From: Candidatus Aminicenantes bacterium
GTDB taxonomy: Bacteria > Acidobacteriota > Aminicenantia > Aminicenantales > UBA4085
DNA length: 64,000 nucleotides
Assembly (NCBI GenBank): GCA_963715635.1
Contig: OY970261.1
Coordinates: 2,161,011-2,225,010 of the forward strand
Reading direction: 5' to 3'
The notes beneath the pieces were generated by a model. The model worked only from the letters and a program-made list of their open reading frames with translations, had not been told where the DNA came from and did no database searches. Positions 1 to 10,550 of this stretch are shown in pieces (position 1 is the stretch's first letter; the number at the start of each line of letters is the position of its first letter). Made by a program: the position numbers and the translations under genes.

Positions 1-1904
1 TTTCCCTCTAATGATTCGCGAATATACGGCTCTGCTTCCCTTAGCTTGTCTTGAGCCATAAGGATTAAGCCGAGATTGCCGATAATGTCAAGAGTAATGG
101 GATGATCGTTGCCATTGATGCGGCGGCTGACATCCAGCGCTTTGCTATAGTACCCTTCGGCCTCCTTCAGCTTTCCTTGGACTTGCAGTAGCCCCCCGAG
201 GTTAGACATCGAAGCGAGCGTACTAGCGTGGTTCTCTCCTAGAACGCGGCGTCGTCCTTCTAATGTCTCGCGAAAATATTGTTCGGCCTCCGCCAACTTT
301 CGTTGATTGAATAGAACGGCGCCCAAGTTATTAGCGGACTTCAGTGTTTCCGGATGATCATGCCCAAGAACCCGAATTCGGCCTTCCAAGGCCTCGCGGA
401 AATAAGCCTCTGCCTGGGTATACTTACCTTGCTCTACGGATAGAGCGCCCATCTTGTGTATTGAGGCAAGAGTCTCCGGATCTTCGCTTCCGAGGATTTT
501 GCGGCGAATATTCAGCGATTTTTCATAGAAAGGTTGTGACTGCGCATAGAGTCCAAGACTCCAATAAACCTCGCCAATAACGGCCATCAGCTGAGCCTGG
601 ACCTTTGGTTGACTCGCCAATTCGTTATCAATTTTTTCTGCGCCTTTATCCAAGATTTCCCGGGCCGTAATGCTATTCCCTCTCGCCTCGCTGGGGTCCG
701 ACACCTTAAACAGGCCTGTCAGGAATTCCGAAACTTTTTTTGATGTCTCCGCTTCCTGATTTGCCCTGTCCCGCTCCCGGGCAATACGTTTGGCTTGAAT
801 GCCCATCGTGGCAGAGAACGCAATGAGAAGAATAGCCAGTAAAACGGCTACGCCGACTCCAATTCTGTGGCGGCGCACGAATTTTTTAGCCCGATAAAGT
901 GTGCTTGGCGGACGAGCAATGATCGGTTGGTGATGTAAGAACCGATCGATGTCCGCGACTATTTCTGAAGGAGACCCATACCGCCGTGTCCGGTCCTTCT
1001 CGAGCGATTTCATAGTGATCCAATCCAGATCGCCTTTGATTTGTCGTAAAAGCACAGGCGTCTCCGTCCTCCGGTTTTTAGCTGACACATTGGAGGTCTT
1101 TCCCATCGTGCTTAGCTTAGTGCTCGGCTTCGGTGGGTCTTCCTCCCTGATCTTCCGACGGATCTCATCGAAGCCGGCCCGCCTGAGCGCTTTGGGATCA
1201 AAAGGAAGTGCGCCAGTTAAAAGCTCGTAAAGGATAGCCCCTAGCGAGTAGACATCGCTGCGCGTGTCGATGTTCTGACCGGACATTTCCGCCTGCTCGG
1301 GACTCATGTACTCCGGCGTTCCGATCAGGATCCCCAACTCAGTATACATCGTCCTCTCAGTAAGGCTTTGGGCAGTAGCTTTGGCTACTCCGAAGTCGAT
1401 GATTTTAGGCACGGCTTTTCCGTCTTGAATAGCAACCAAAATATTGGAGGGCTTGAGGTCGCGATGGATGATCGCCTTTTGGTGGGCATGCTGGACTCCG
1501 TCACAAACCTGTGTGAAGAGCTCCAAGCGTTCCAAGGTCGTCAGACGGTTTTGATCGCAATAGACGGTGATGGGGATGCCTTGAACGTATTCCATGACGA
1601 AGTAGGGCCGGCCTTGTTCGGTTTCTCCGGCCTCGAAGACTTTGGCGATGGCCGGGTGGTCCATCATGGCTAACGCCTGCCTCTCTGATTCGAAACGGGC
1701 CATGACCTGCTTCGTATCCATGCCGGTTTTGATCAACTTTAAGGCCACCTTGCGGCGGATGGGCTTTTGCTGCTCGGCGACCCAAACCTCTCCCATCCCC
1801 CCCTCACCAATTTTTTGAAGCAGACGAAATACGCCGATTGTTTGGGAAGCCTCACCGGAGGAAGTTAGGGTTATTGTCTTTTCAGGCGAGCCCTTCTTGT
1901 CCAA
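1..1904 (-). CDS. Ser/Thr protein kinase (Hanks-type) with C-terminal TPR repeats; partial, C-terminus runs off the window. Probable TTG start near 1904
   Basis: Minus-strand translation gives YRLLQKIGEGGMGEVWVAEQ (Gly loop), VALKLIK, HRDLKPSNIL, DFGVAK, GTPEYMSPE, then a TM segment and TPR-like repeats. No stop within the window. Confidence 0.8.
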   Translation of the reverse strand, partial: MDKKGSPEKTITLTSSGEASQTIGVFRLLQKIGEGGMGEVWVAEQQKPIRRKVALKLIKTGMDTKQVMARFESERQALAMMDHPAIAKVFEAGETEQGRPYFVMEYVQGIPITVYCDQNRLTTLERLELFTQVCDGVQHAHQKAIIHRDLKPSNILVAIQDGKAVPKIIDFGVAKATAQSLTERTMYTELGILIGTPEYMSPEQAEMSGQNIDTRSDVYSLGAILYELLTGALPFDPKALRRAGFDEIRRKIREEDPPKPSTKLSTMGKTSNVSAKNRRTETPVLLRQIKGDLDWITMKSLEKDRTRRYGSPSEIVADIDRFLHHQPIIARPPSTLYRAKKFVRRHRIGVGVAVLLAILLIAFSATMGIQAKRIARERDRANQEAETSKKVSEFLTGLFKVSDPSEARGNSITAREILDKGAEKIDNELASQPKVQAQLMAVIGEVYWSLGLYAQSQPFYEKSLNIRRKILGSEDPETLASIHKMGALSVEQGKYTQAEAYFREALEGRIRVLGHDHPETLKSANNLGAVLFNQRKLAEAEQYFRETLEGRRRVLGENHASTLASMSNLGGLLQVQGKLKEAEGYYSKALDVSRRINGNDHPITLDIIGNLGLILMAQDKLREAEPYIRESLEG

Positions 1905-2039
1905 TATGGCCCTCTAAAAGGAATTGCATATACGAAATCGCTTGTAAACGCTGCCCAATTTCCCCTCCAGATGTCTTTGGAATTCGTGCCGCCCCTCACG
2001 GATTGAATATATCTCCCGCCGCGCATTGATGTCAAGCAA

Positions 2040-2238
2040 AAGGAAGCATGAAAAAAGGAAGCGCGCCTGGCCGGACTCGAACCAGCGACACAGGGATTAG
2101 GAATCCCCTCTAATGGGATTCTGTGTTCTCGGGAAAAATCGGGTTTTCCCCATATTTTTCGTATTTTTCCTTTAAGCACCATTAAGCCAAATTAAGCGAG
2201 TTTAAGCAAATTCTGTGACACCGGCGTGACACGGGGAG
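2040..2238. repeat. Composite repeat unit R1: tRNA-Arg 3' half (2063-2109, minus orientation, tRNA positions ~27-76) plus conserved iteron arm (hairpin GGGAAAAAtcgggTTTTCCCC, TTAAGC x4, GTGACAC x2). attR-like junction next to the host kinase gene
   Basis: Near-identical to the 3' part of the complete tRNA at 29314-29391. The same ~190-bp unit recurs at 3525, 6812 and 14190. Confidence 0.65.
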
Positions 2239-2739
2239 ATGTCCGGGCGATTTCTGTTGCTTTAAGGCTCCCTTCGTCTTTTAAGCCCACCGCTCGCTAT
2301 TTTTTGTTCAGCTTGACATCCGACCAGGCTGCGATCTAGCACCCTAACGATGGGAAGAGGGGAAACTTGCGCATGAACGCTTACTCAGCCAGCAAAGCAG
2401 AAAAACGATTTCTTATCTTTCAGAACGAACGTAACATCTTGTCAATCAATAAAACTGCAACGATCCTGTTGAGAAATTCTGAAGAGCCTCTGGCCGGCAT
2501 TGTCCTTTTCAAGGTCCTCCGTTGGATGCGATTCTCGCTCTCTGAACAGATAACGAGAATGAGGAAGAGGTACGTCCCAGAAGCTTGTTGGGCGTTGCCG
2601 GACAAAGAAGGGCGGCCCTGGTCCGGCGGAGGATTGAGCCGTCCCCTCCTTGTCTTTTCCGGCAGGCCGCCGACGCGATGCGCCGCTAAGGGCGACGCGA
2701 CGCCCGTCCCAGCTGGCCTGCCGGATCTTCAGCAATGAG

Positions 2740-3120
2740 TTACCTTCTGGGATTCGAGCCGCCCACGACCGCGTGTGTGTGGGCTTCCTTTGAGCTCAGA
2801 ACAAGATACCCGTCCCTGTCCGGAAACCAGACCTCCGACAGCAGCGACTTATCTCCGACCTTATCGAACACAAGCTCGCAATCCCTGTCCTTATCGTGCC
2901 GTCCAAGCTGGGTTAGAACCACCATGATCGCCGACCCGCTTGCGCTCCGAAGCGCGATGGAGTTGGCATCCGGCATCTCGATCGTGTACTTACCGGGCGC
3001 AAAAGCCTTGCCGCCGGCCACGAACGGGAAGCCGATTTCAATGGTACCTGTCTGAGCATGCGCAAGGGCGCCGCTCACGACAAAAAGAGCCAAGATCATG
3101 ACCACCACTCGATGCTTCAT
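2740..3120 (-). CDS. Small secreted hypothetical protein (signal peptide MKHRVVVMILALFVVSGALAHA)
   Basis: ORF with a GGAGGAG RBS 6 nt upstream of the ATG at 3120. N-terminal hydrophobic signal followed by AHA. Confidence 0.55.
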   Translation of the reverse strand: MKHRVVVMILALFVVSGALAHAQTGTIEIGFPFVAGGKAFAPGKYTIEMPDANSIALRSASGSAIMVVLTQLGRHDKDRDCELVFDKVGDKSLLSEVWFPDRDGYLVLSSKEAHTHAVVGGSNPRR

Positions 3121-3524
3121 TCTTTCTCCTCCTATAATTAAATTTTTTAACACCAAAGAAACTAGTAATCCAAGAATCGTGCCAATTTCAGGCCAGGGAT
3201 ACGTCTGGCCGGCGGATAGATTCCCCTTGAGACAGTCAGGCAGACGAGACTGCTAACGGGAATCCGTTCTTTGATCCGGAAAATAGTCCTGATTGGCAGG
3301 ACTTTTCCCATAGGATTGGATTTTCTTCTTGCGAAAAAAGTTCGGAGCCGGCCGCGCCGCGAGCAGCCTAGACTCCGAGGCTATCTTACGATGATCTCGT
3401 CGAAATTCATCATCGCTGCGGCCTTCGGGGCCGAAACGTCCGGGTGCCACTTGGGCAGGGCTCCGATGTTCTTGGATATCACGTTTGCTTACTCAGGCTT
3501 AAAACAAAAATCAGAAAAATCAGG

Positions 3525-3712
3525 GGAAAAGGGAAGCGCGCCTGGCCGGACTCGAACCAGCGACACAGGGATTAGGAATCCCCTCTGATGGGAATGTGAT
3601 CTCTCGGGAAAAATCGGGTTTTCCCCATATTTTTTTCATTTTTCTTTTAAGCACCATTAAGCCAAGATAAGCGAGTTTAAGCAAATTCTGTGACACCGGC
3701 GTTACACAGGGC
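3525..3712. repeat. Composite repeat unit R2: tRNA-Arg 3' half (3547-3593) plus iteron arm
   Basis: Sequence identity to R1 and R3 across the tRNA fragment, hairpin and TTAAGC/GTTACAC repeats. Confidence 0.65.
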
Positions 3713-3739
3713 TAGGTCTATACAGGGACCTTCTGGACT

Positions 3740-4095
3740 TCAAAAACGATCCCAGCGGAAATCGGCCCGGACGCTTTCTCCCTCAAACAATTTCCTTCCA
3801 GCCAGGCACTCATAAAGGATACATCCAAAAGCCCAGATGTCCGTTCTTTTATCGGCGGCCTTCCCCTTGGCCTGCTCTGGGCGCATGTAGGCTTCAGTCC
3901 CAAAAAGCATGCCGGGCTGCGTCATATCCGCGGTAATAGTCGGGGACTTAATAATATCGACCTCCGAAATCTGATCGAGGGAAGCTCTCGCCAATCCGAA
4001 ATCCAGAATCTTGACCTTCGCCTCTGGAGTAATTTTTATGTTCGAGGGCTTCAGGTCGCGCTGGATTATGCTTTTCTCATGGGCGCCTTTTTCCC
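3740..4095 (-). pseudogene. Ser/Thr kinase catalytic-domain fragment (N-lobe missing) directly downstream of the full kinase gene
   Basis: Translation gives HEKSIIQRDLKPSNIKI...ILDFGLAR...GTEAYMRPEQ...DIWAFGCILYE. No Gly-loop/N-lobe and no plausible start. Confidence 0.55.
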
Positions 4096-4102
4096 ATCAT
4101 CT

Positions 4103-6625
4103 TCATTCCTCGAAGTGCTCCCATTCAGACTTGAGTTTTTCCATGAGCTTCCTAAACCGGCCCTCCCCGCGGATGTTTCCCAGGTAAGGATCATAGTCAT
4201 TGAGATAAGGATAGTTAAAAAAACCACGGCTGACCGCATTTTCCAGCCAATCCAGGGCTTTCTCCCTATCACCAAGAAGAGCATAAAAATCTGCCATAAA
4301 GCTTGAATACTGCGGGTCGCGCTTGACAGTATAAAGCAATTCAGGGCTTAATCCCCGCGAAAAGTTTTTACGATCGCCTTTGGCTGCATATTTTAAAAGA
4401 AAGTAAAGCTGCCACATGAGATTCTGCTTCGGATCTTCAATGTTCTTTTCGATGATAGCCTCCGCCTCCTTAAGTCCTTTTTTATAAATAAGGAGCCAGG
4501 CATACATGAACAGACCTGGTGGGTCCAGAGGGGGAGCTTTGGAGGTGCGTTCAAAGGCAAGGTCCAGCTGACCTCCATACTGATAGAGTAATGTTTTCGC
4601 GGGCACCGTCTGGGGATTCAGCGGATCAACATCAGACATCCTCTCGGCTATTCTTTCCACAGCGGCCATCTTTCCGATGAAGGCGTATGTAATACAGAGC
4701 CACCACATTATGTCCCCATCATTGGGATTTGCCGCCAGCGCCTTCTTCAGATGATATACACCCTTCTGCTGGTTCCCGAAGAAGGCCGAATTGACCAGCC
4801 CCAAAACTAAATGAGCCTCAGAGGATTCAGGGTCCATCTCCAGGGCTTTATTGGCGAAAATTTCTGCTTTTTTTCCATTTTCTTCGCCCATGATTCCCAG
4901 GTTCGCGCACGAATAATACGCATAACCTATGCCGGCGTCGAGCATGGCATTTTCGCCGACGATCTCGAGGCCTTTTCCGAGATACTGAAGTGCCCGGTCA
5001 CATCCTTCTTTTGTCCAAAGCCCGATTTCTCTTTTGGCCTTGAGATAGAACTCGTAGGCCTGAACATTGTCGATTCGGCGCTCGGATATTTTTTTCTTCT
5101 CTTCCCCGGTCAGCTTCAACCTCAAGGCAGTGATGATGGCGGAGGTTATCTCTTCCTCAATGGCGAAGATATCCTGAAACTTTCGTTCGTATCTTTCTCC
5201 CCAAAGCTGGCTGTTATCGCTCGCCTTGACCAGGGCAGGGCTTATGGAAATTGTCTCTCTAAACCGGACCATTCTGGCGGTTAAAACGGTTTTCACTCCA
5301 AGCTCCCGGCCCACTTTTTTTGGATCGATCTTTTCTCCTTTGTAGGCGAAGGAAGAAGCCCGGGAAATGACCTTTTTAAATACGGATAACTGGGAAAGCT
5401 TGTTGATGAGAGTCTCGGTGATGCCATCGCAGAGGTATTCGGCATCAGGATCTGCGTTTACATTCTCGAAGGGAAGGACCGCGATTGAATCCAGGACCTC
5501 TTCCTCTCCCTTAAACATCAGGAGTTTTGAAATGACAACTAAAGCCAAAAAAACTCCGATTCCTCCAAAAAGCGCTACCTTTTTCCATTTGATTTTGGCC
5601 GTAATCCCGGCCAGCCCGGCTGGAATAAGCGGCTTCTTCTTGGAGAGAAGAGGTTCTGTAACCGTCGTGCGTGTCTCGATTTTTTCAAGCTCCCGACGCA
5701 GTTCTTCAGCATCCTGATATCTTTTTTCTCTGTTTTTTTCCAGGCATTTTAGAATCAGGAGGCTGAGGTTTTCGGGAAGCTGTGAAACCAGCTCTTTAGG
5801 GTCTCGAGGAGCCGCGAGCTTATGCTTCATGGCTATGCTTAGAGGAGTATTCCCTTCGAAGGGAACCTTTCCAGTTACCATTTCATACAAGATTATGCCC
5901 AGGGAATAGATATCAGAGCGCTGGTCTGCCTCTTCACCCTCGGCCTGCTCAGGAGACATGTATTCAGGTGTGCCAATGACTGTTCCTTCGCCGGTGATGC
6001 TTTTCGAATGAATAGACCGGGCAATGCCAAAATCCATAACCTTGGCATTGCCCTCCTTATCCACCATGATGTTGCTCGGCTTTAAATCGCGATGAACGAC
6101 TCCCGTCTTATGCGCCTCCGCCAGGCCCTCACATATTTGCTTGGCTATGGAAATCGATTTGCTGATGGGGAGTTGGCCAAACCTCCTTATCGAGCTCTTG
6201 AGATCCTCGCCCGGGACGTACTCCATCGTGATGAAATGAATGCCGTTCTCCTCCAAGAGATCATACATCCGACCTACATGCGGATGGCTGATCTTGCGGG
6301 CCAGCTTGATCTCGTTGTGAAACCGCTCAAGCATGCTTTTGTTTGTAGCAATCTCTGACATAATCAGCTTGAGGGCCACTTCCTCGTTCAGCTTTTTATC
6401 AACAGCACGATAGACCCGGCCCATACCGCCATGGCCCAATTCCTCAATGATTTGGTATCGGGCGGCAAAAGTGGATCCCGTGGTTAATTCTTCTCTGGGA
6501 GTCTCAAGGGTCTTGGTTTGAAAGCTTTCGACATCCCGAGAAGAAGGGAGCAGAGTTGCACATGCTTTGCAATATTTGGAGTCGGAAGGATTATCGGTCT
6601 GACATTTCGGGCATTTGACGGCCAT
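4103..6625 (-). CDS. Ser/Thr protein kinase with N-terminal zinc ribbon, TM segment and C-terminal TPR-like region (840 aa)
   Basis: CPKCQ...CKAC zinc ribbon. ELGHGGMGRVYRA, HRDLKPSNIMV, DFGIAR, GTPEYMSPEQ kinase motifs. Hydrophobic segment, then repeats. Confidence 0.9.
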   Translation of the reverse strand: MAVKCPKCQTDNPSDSKYCKACATLLPSSRDVESFQTKTLETPREELTTGSTFAARYQIIEELGHGGMGRVYRAVDKKLNEEVALKLIMSEIATNKSMLERFHNEIKLARKISHPHVGRMYDLLEENGIHFITMEYVPGEDLKSSIRRFGQLPISKSISIAKQICEGLAEAHKTGVVHRDLKPSNIMVDKEGNAKVMDFGIARSIHSKSITGEGTVIGTPEYMSPEQAEGEEADQRSDIYSLGIILYEMVTGKVPFEGNTPLSIAMKHKLAAPRDPKELVSQLPENLSLLILKCLEKNREKRYQDAEELRRELEKIETRTTVTEPLLSKKKPLIPAGLAGITAKIKWKKVALFGGIGVFLALVVISKLLMFKGEEEVLDSIAVLPFENVNADPDAEYLCDGITETLINKLSQLSVFKKVISRASSFAYKGEKIDPKKVGRELGVKTVLTARMVRFRETISISPALVKASDNSQLWGERYERKFQDIFAIEEEITSAIITALRLKLTGEEKKKISERRIDNVQAYEFYLKAKREIGLWTKEGCDRALQYLGKGLEIVGENAMLDAGIGYAYYSCANLGIMGEENGKKAEIFANKALEMDPESSEAHLVLGLVNSAFFGNQQKGVYHLKKALAANPNDGDIMWWLCITYAFIGKMAAVERIAERMSDVDPLNPQTVPAKTLLYQYGGQLDLAFERTSKAPPLDPPGLFMYAWLLIYKKGLKEAEAIIEKNIEDPKQNLMWQLYFLLKYAAKGDRKNFSRGLSPELLYTVKRDPQYSSFMADFYALLGDREKALDWLENAVSRGFFNYPYLNDYDPYLGNIRGEGRFRKLMEKLKSEWEHFEE

Positions 6626-6811
6626 TGCTGCCCCTTTCCATTTGGGATGGCTAAAGATTAGCAGGGAAAGGCAGCAGAGTCAACTAGGCCGAGTTCATGA
6701 CCTCATGCGTCCCAAATTCGAAATTAGACCTCTCCCTCCTTGTCACCGTCCAGTCATGGGATTTGCTTAAAACCGCCTAATTCTGACTAAGGGAGCTAAA
6801 ATGGAAAGTAG

Positions 6812-7010
6812 CGATTTCTCGAGGAAAGGAAAGCGCGCCTGGCCGGACTCGAACCAGCGACACAGGGATTAGGAATCCCTTCTGAGGGGGAATGTGATCT
6901 CTCGGGAAAAATCGAGTTTTCCCCACATTTTTTTCGTTTTTCTTTTAATCACCATTAGTCCGAAGTAGGCGAGTTTTAGCAAAATCTGTTACACCGGCGT
7001 TACACGGAGG
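6812..7010. repeat. Composite repeat unit R3: tRNA-Arg 3' half (6834-6879) plus iteron arm
   Basis: Same architecture and sequence as R1/R2. Confidence 0.65.
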
Positions 7011-7168
7011 GAGAGGTCTGCCCTGCCACTGGGGCCTAGGCAAGTGGATTCACGGCACGGTATCCTGCCCGGTTTCGGGCACGAATGGAAATCCCCTGAT
7101 ATGTCCCATCATTCGACCTTGACACTTTTCATGGGCAGGCGTTAGTATCTCACTCAGGATGGGAGAGC

Positions 7169-8323
7169 ATGAATAGGCATCACGTCTTCTTGCCGGCGGT
7201 TTCCTGTCTCTGTGGCCTCCTTTGCATCGCCAGTTTGGCGACAGACGATTCTGAATCAGGCTATACATATTGGAGCCGGTTCAAGCCGGGGACCTTTGTC
7301 GCCTTCCGATGCAGCACGACGAGCGGCAGTAAAACCCAGAGCATGCTAAAAACGTTCACTCTCAAGCAAGCCAGCTCCGAATCCGTCGTGCTCGAATACA
7401 AAGAATCGCCACTCGACGCGTCAGGGCAGGCTGTGCAAGCGCGGCCTCCTCTGTTCCTCGCGACCAGCCTTGAGTTCCGTGAGTCCGATGAGATTTATAA
7501 TGACCCAGACCTCTTTAAGTCCCAGCTCAACATAAGCGTGTTCAGCATTCTGAAAAGCAGCGATGCAACAGAGGTCGATGCGGGCCTTGATGATTTCTAC
7601 GTGAAAGGGATTAAGCTCCGGGCCGCCAGGACAAAACTCCGATTCGGAGCCGCGGACACATCGTCGACTGTCACGGTATGGTTGAGCGATGAAATCCCCG
7701 GGAAAGTCGTTAAGCTGTTGCAGGAAATCGAAGCCGGCGGAGGAGTTTACCGTGAAGAGGTTATAGTTGCGGATTTTTCGGCCATTAAAGCGACCCCGGA
7801 CGATATCGAGAAACTCCGGAAGTCGCGAAAGCCGGTCAGTACTGAGGTACCAGGGTCGGTCTACGTAACAGGTCGTTTTCGCTTTTTTGACGATTTTGGA
7901 AACGCAATCCACGATTTCGAACCCGTCAAGAAGTTCATGGAGACACTTGTTCCAACCAACCCGAACACGGACTGGTCCGAAGTCTATAAGAAAGCGTCGC
8001 CTTTTTTGGAGAGGATGCAGGCGTTAAAAAAGCATCTGGATGAAGATAGGCAGAAAGCCGAATTGGAGTTGGGGGCGGTCGAGATGGAAAAGCTGGGACC
8101 GTTCCTGAAGCAGGCTGCCCTTTTTGCCGACTCTATTTCAAGCGTTTTCATAGAGTCCATGGGTTACCTGTCGACACTGGCAAGCGGCCCGCCTAACTAT
8201 CAAGTAGTCCTTTCCGTAGTCGAGGACATGAGGAGCCTTGCGGCGGAATTTGCGACGAATCAGAAGAACTTGCAGCAAGAATTCAAAAAATTGGGCGAGA
8301 CCAAGGTCAGATATCTGAGATAA
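7169..8323 (+). CDS. Hypothetical secreted protein (384 aa) with N-terminal signal peptide
   Basis: Long ORF. N-terminus MNRHHVFLPAVSCLCGLLCIASLA is signal-like. No recognisable catalytic motif. Confidence 0.55.
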   Translation: MNRHHVFLPAVSCLCGLLCIASLATDDSESGYTYWSRFKPGTFVAFRCSTTSGSKTQSMLKTFTLKQASSESVVLEYKESPLDASGQAVQARPPLFLATSLEFRESDEIYNDPDLFKSQLNISVFSILKSSDATEVDAGLDDFYVKGIKLRAARTKLRFGAADTSSTVTVWLSDEIPGKVVKLLQEIEAGGGVYREEVIVADFSAIKATPDDIEKLRKSRKPVSTEVPGSVYVTGRFRFFDDFGNAIHDFEPVKKFMETLVPTNPNTDWSEVYKKASPFLERMQALKKHLDEDRQKAELELGAVEMEKLGPFLKQAALFADSISSVFIESMGYLSTLASGPPNYQVVLSVVEDMRSLAAEFATNQKNLQQEFKKLGETKVRYLR

Positions 8324-8646
8324 AAAGTCCGGCAGGACTAAATGTCTCCGGCGGCTACTCAAAGCAGGCTATTTCCAAGCTCATTAAACATCTCGAAGAG
8401 ACGGGCTGGCTGTCTTCGATTAGGCGCGGCCTGGGACGGCCGAGGAGCAGGCGGAATATTTTTAAGGATGTTTGGTTTTGATGGGGCACAAAGGTCTATC
8501 GTTTTTCGAGAGCTTTTCGGGTCGTCTGGAACGATGAGGCAGCCGACGAGCCTGGTTCAGGGGAATTTCCTTGGCTTGACTTCTATCCGCGATGGGGAAT
8601 ATCATTTTTTCGCGAGGGGAGCCGCGATTCTTAAACTCATTGGGAC

Positions 8647-9789
8647 ATGATCACAAACAACACGGAAAAGGAAATTAATATCATTATGCAGGAGGATGGG
8701 ATGAGAAATCATAAAAATGGACTCCTATTTGTATTTGCGACGATTTGCCTAATCGATTTCGGACCTATCGGATCGGCCTGGGCTCTGCGGCCCCAGGATA
8801 ACCCGTCCCGAATTTTTCCTTTGCCCGAGGTTGAACGACCCCATCAAATTTGCGTGGAAAACGGAAACGTCTATATCGCGGATGAAAACGACATACTCGT
8901 CTATGATTTCCGGGAAGGCCGTTTCTTGAAAAGGATCGGAAAAAAGGGCCAGGGGCCCGGCGAGTTTAGCTCGAGGCCCGGCCGCATGACCGTGCTTTCC
9001 GGTCGATTGTCGGTTGAAAACTCCGAGAGACTAGAGTTTTTTTCTCTTGACGGAGACTATATCAACGGAATCGTTGAACCCGGATTCCAGGGTTTTTTGC
9101 CTTTTCTTCACGTCGGAAAAAATTACGTCGGATTCCCTATGGAACGGCTGAACGACGGCTCCCTGTCCCCTCCGGCCGGCTGGATTTATGATCAGACCCT
9201 CAAGCCCCAAAAAAGATTCTATACTGATCTTCCCATGGGCCCTCCGCCTCCTCCCCCGCCCGGGTCGATTTCCTCCGGCAAAACAGATGTCCTCATGGTC
9301 CGGGATTTCGCGGACGCCATCGTGGATAGCGGAAAAATCTATGTTGCCGATTCCAGAAAAGGACTATTCATTTCCGTCTTCAATGAAAACGGGGATCTGC
9401 TTTACGAAATCCGCCATTCACTGGGGAAGGTCAAGGTTCCCAAGGGCTATCTCGATGCCTTGATCAAAGAACGCCGGGCGTCGAAATACTGGAATTCCAT
9501 TTATGCCCATCAGAATCCCATCGTGCCGGACTATTTCCCCGATTTCGTCGGCTTCAAGATCGACGCGGGCCGGATCTATGCCGTCCGGCCCGTGGAGAAG
9601 GACGGTTTATACGAAGTCGTCGTCCTGGACCTCAAGGGCCGGATCCTCGAAAGAAGCTTCCGGTTTCCGCTTAAGCCGGATTTTGAAATGCCCGCGAGGA
9701 AAAGCTTCCTCTACGACGTCGAAGAGAACAGATTCGTCTGGTTCGCCTACAACGACGCCAAGGAGATGTGCGAGCTTCATATCCACTGA
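8647..9789 (+). CDS. Secreted NHL-repeat/beta-propeller-like protein with poly-Pro linker (380 aa)
   Basis: Signal-like N-terminus. Repeated 'VYIAD..D.ILVYDF.EGRFLKRIGKKGQGPGEF' NHL-like motifs. PPPPPPPG stretch. Confidence 0.5.
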   Translation: MITNNTEKEINIIMQEDGMRNHKNGLLFVFATICLIDFGPIGSAWALRPQDNPSRIFPLPEVERPHQICVENGNVYIADENDILVYDFREGRFLKRIGKKGQGPGEFSSRPGRMTVLSGRLSVENSERLEFFSLDGDYINGIVEPGFQGFLPFLHVGKNYVGFPMERLNDGSLSPPAGWIYDQTLKPQKRFYTDLPMGPPPPPPPGSISSGKTDVLMVRDFADAIVDSGKIYVADSRKGLFISVFNENGDLLYEIRHSLGKVKVPKGYLDALIKERRASKYWNSIYAHQNPIVPDYFPDFVGFKIDAGRIYAVRPVEKDGLYEVVVLDLKGRILERSFRFPLKPDFEMPARKSFLYDVEENRFVWFAYNDAKEMCELHIH

Positions 9790-9822
9790 AAAAATCAAAC
9801 GTCGCGCGGCCTGATCAAAAAA

Positions 9823-10215
9823 TTGCGCCCGTGGCAGGAGGAAGCGGCCTTCCTGTCCTTCGCTCAGTATCTCTCGGGACAGGTCGGGAAGTATTGGATA
9901 ATGAAAAAGGGGAAAAAAGTTTATGTAATTCAGCGTAGATTGAGTCTGCTGGCCGCTAAGCTCGGGCTCGAAGAGCGGTTTAAGAAAGACAGACAGAGCG
10001 CCCTGAGGACAATCAAGCGCACTCTCCAAATTTACAAAGAGCTCGGCTTCCTCTATGGCTACACGTGGGCGAAGACGGGAAAGGGTGAGAGAAAAGTTAT
10101 CCTCTTCCTGAATCCTGAGAAGCTGCCCCATTTGAAGAGGCAAGTCATAAGGCTGCGTCCGGCTGTTCAATCAACCGCGGCCGGGGAAGCCTGCACTGCG
10201 GCCCCCTCATCCTAA
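9823..10215 (+). CDS. Hypothetical basic protein (130 aa)
   Basis: ORF only. No recognisable motifs. Confidence 0.3.
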   Translation: MRPWQEEAAFLSFAQYLSGQVGKYWIMKKGKKVYVIQRRLSLLAAKLGLEERFKKDRQSALRTIKRTLQIYKELGFLYGYTWAKTGKGERKVILFLNPEKLPHLKRQVIRLRPAVQSTAAGEACTAAPSS

Positions 10216-10550
10216 TTGACCTATAAGCCCGGATTGAAGACCAGCTGCTGTCATCAACCTGGCCTCTGCATCCTCCATTCCTTCTATTTTGCCTTCCTTG
10301 CCTAAAACATCGCGCTAGGATTGTCTAGGACGGGCTTTCTCAAAACGGTCAAGGGCTAGCCTTGCCATTTCCGGCTCCTCCTTGATAAAATTGACAGTGA
10401 AAGGAGGAAGTCAATGGCGGCTTCACACAGCCGCCGAAATTCCAGCAATTTTTTAGGGAGCACCTATCAGAGAAAGCCGGGAGGCCCTCCTCCCGCCGGC
10501 CGCCTTGGACGTGGACCTCGCCGTCCACCAAGAAGGATGAAAGAAAAGAC

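Noticed and set aside
2367-2738. 123-aa + strand ORF downstream of repeat R1
   Set aside because: No RBS or motifs, and it overlaps minus-strand ORFs. Possibly real but unsupported, so it is not listed as a feature
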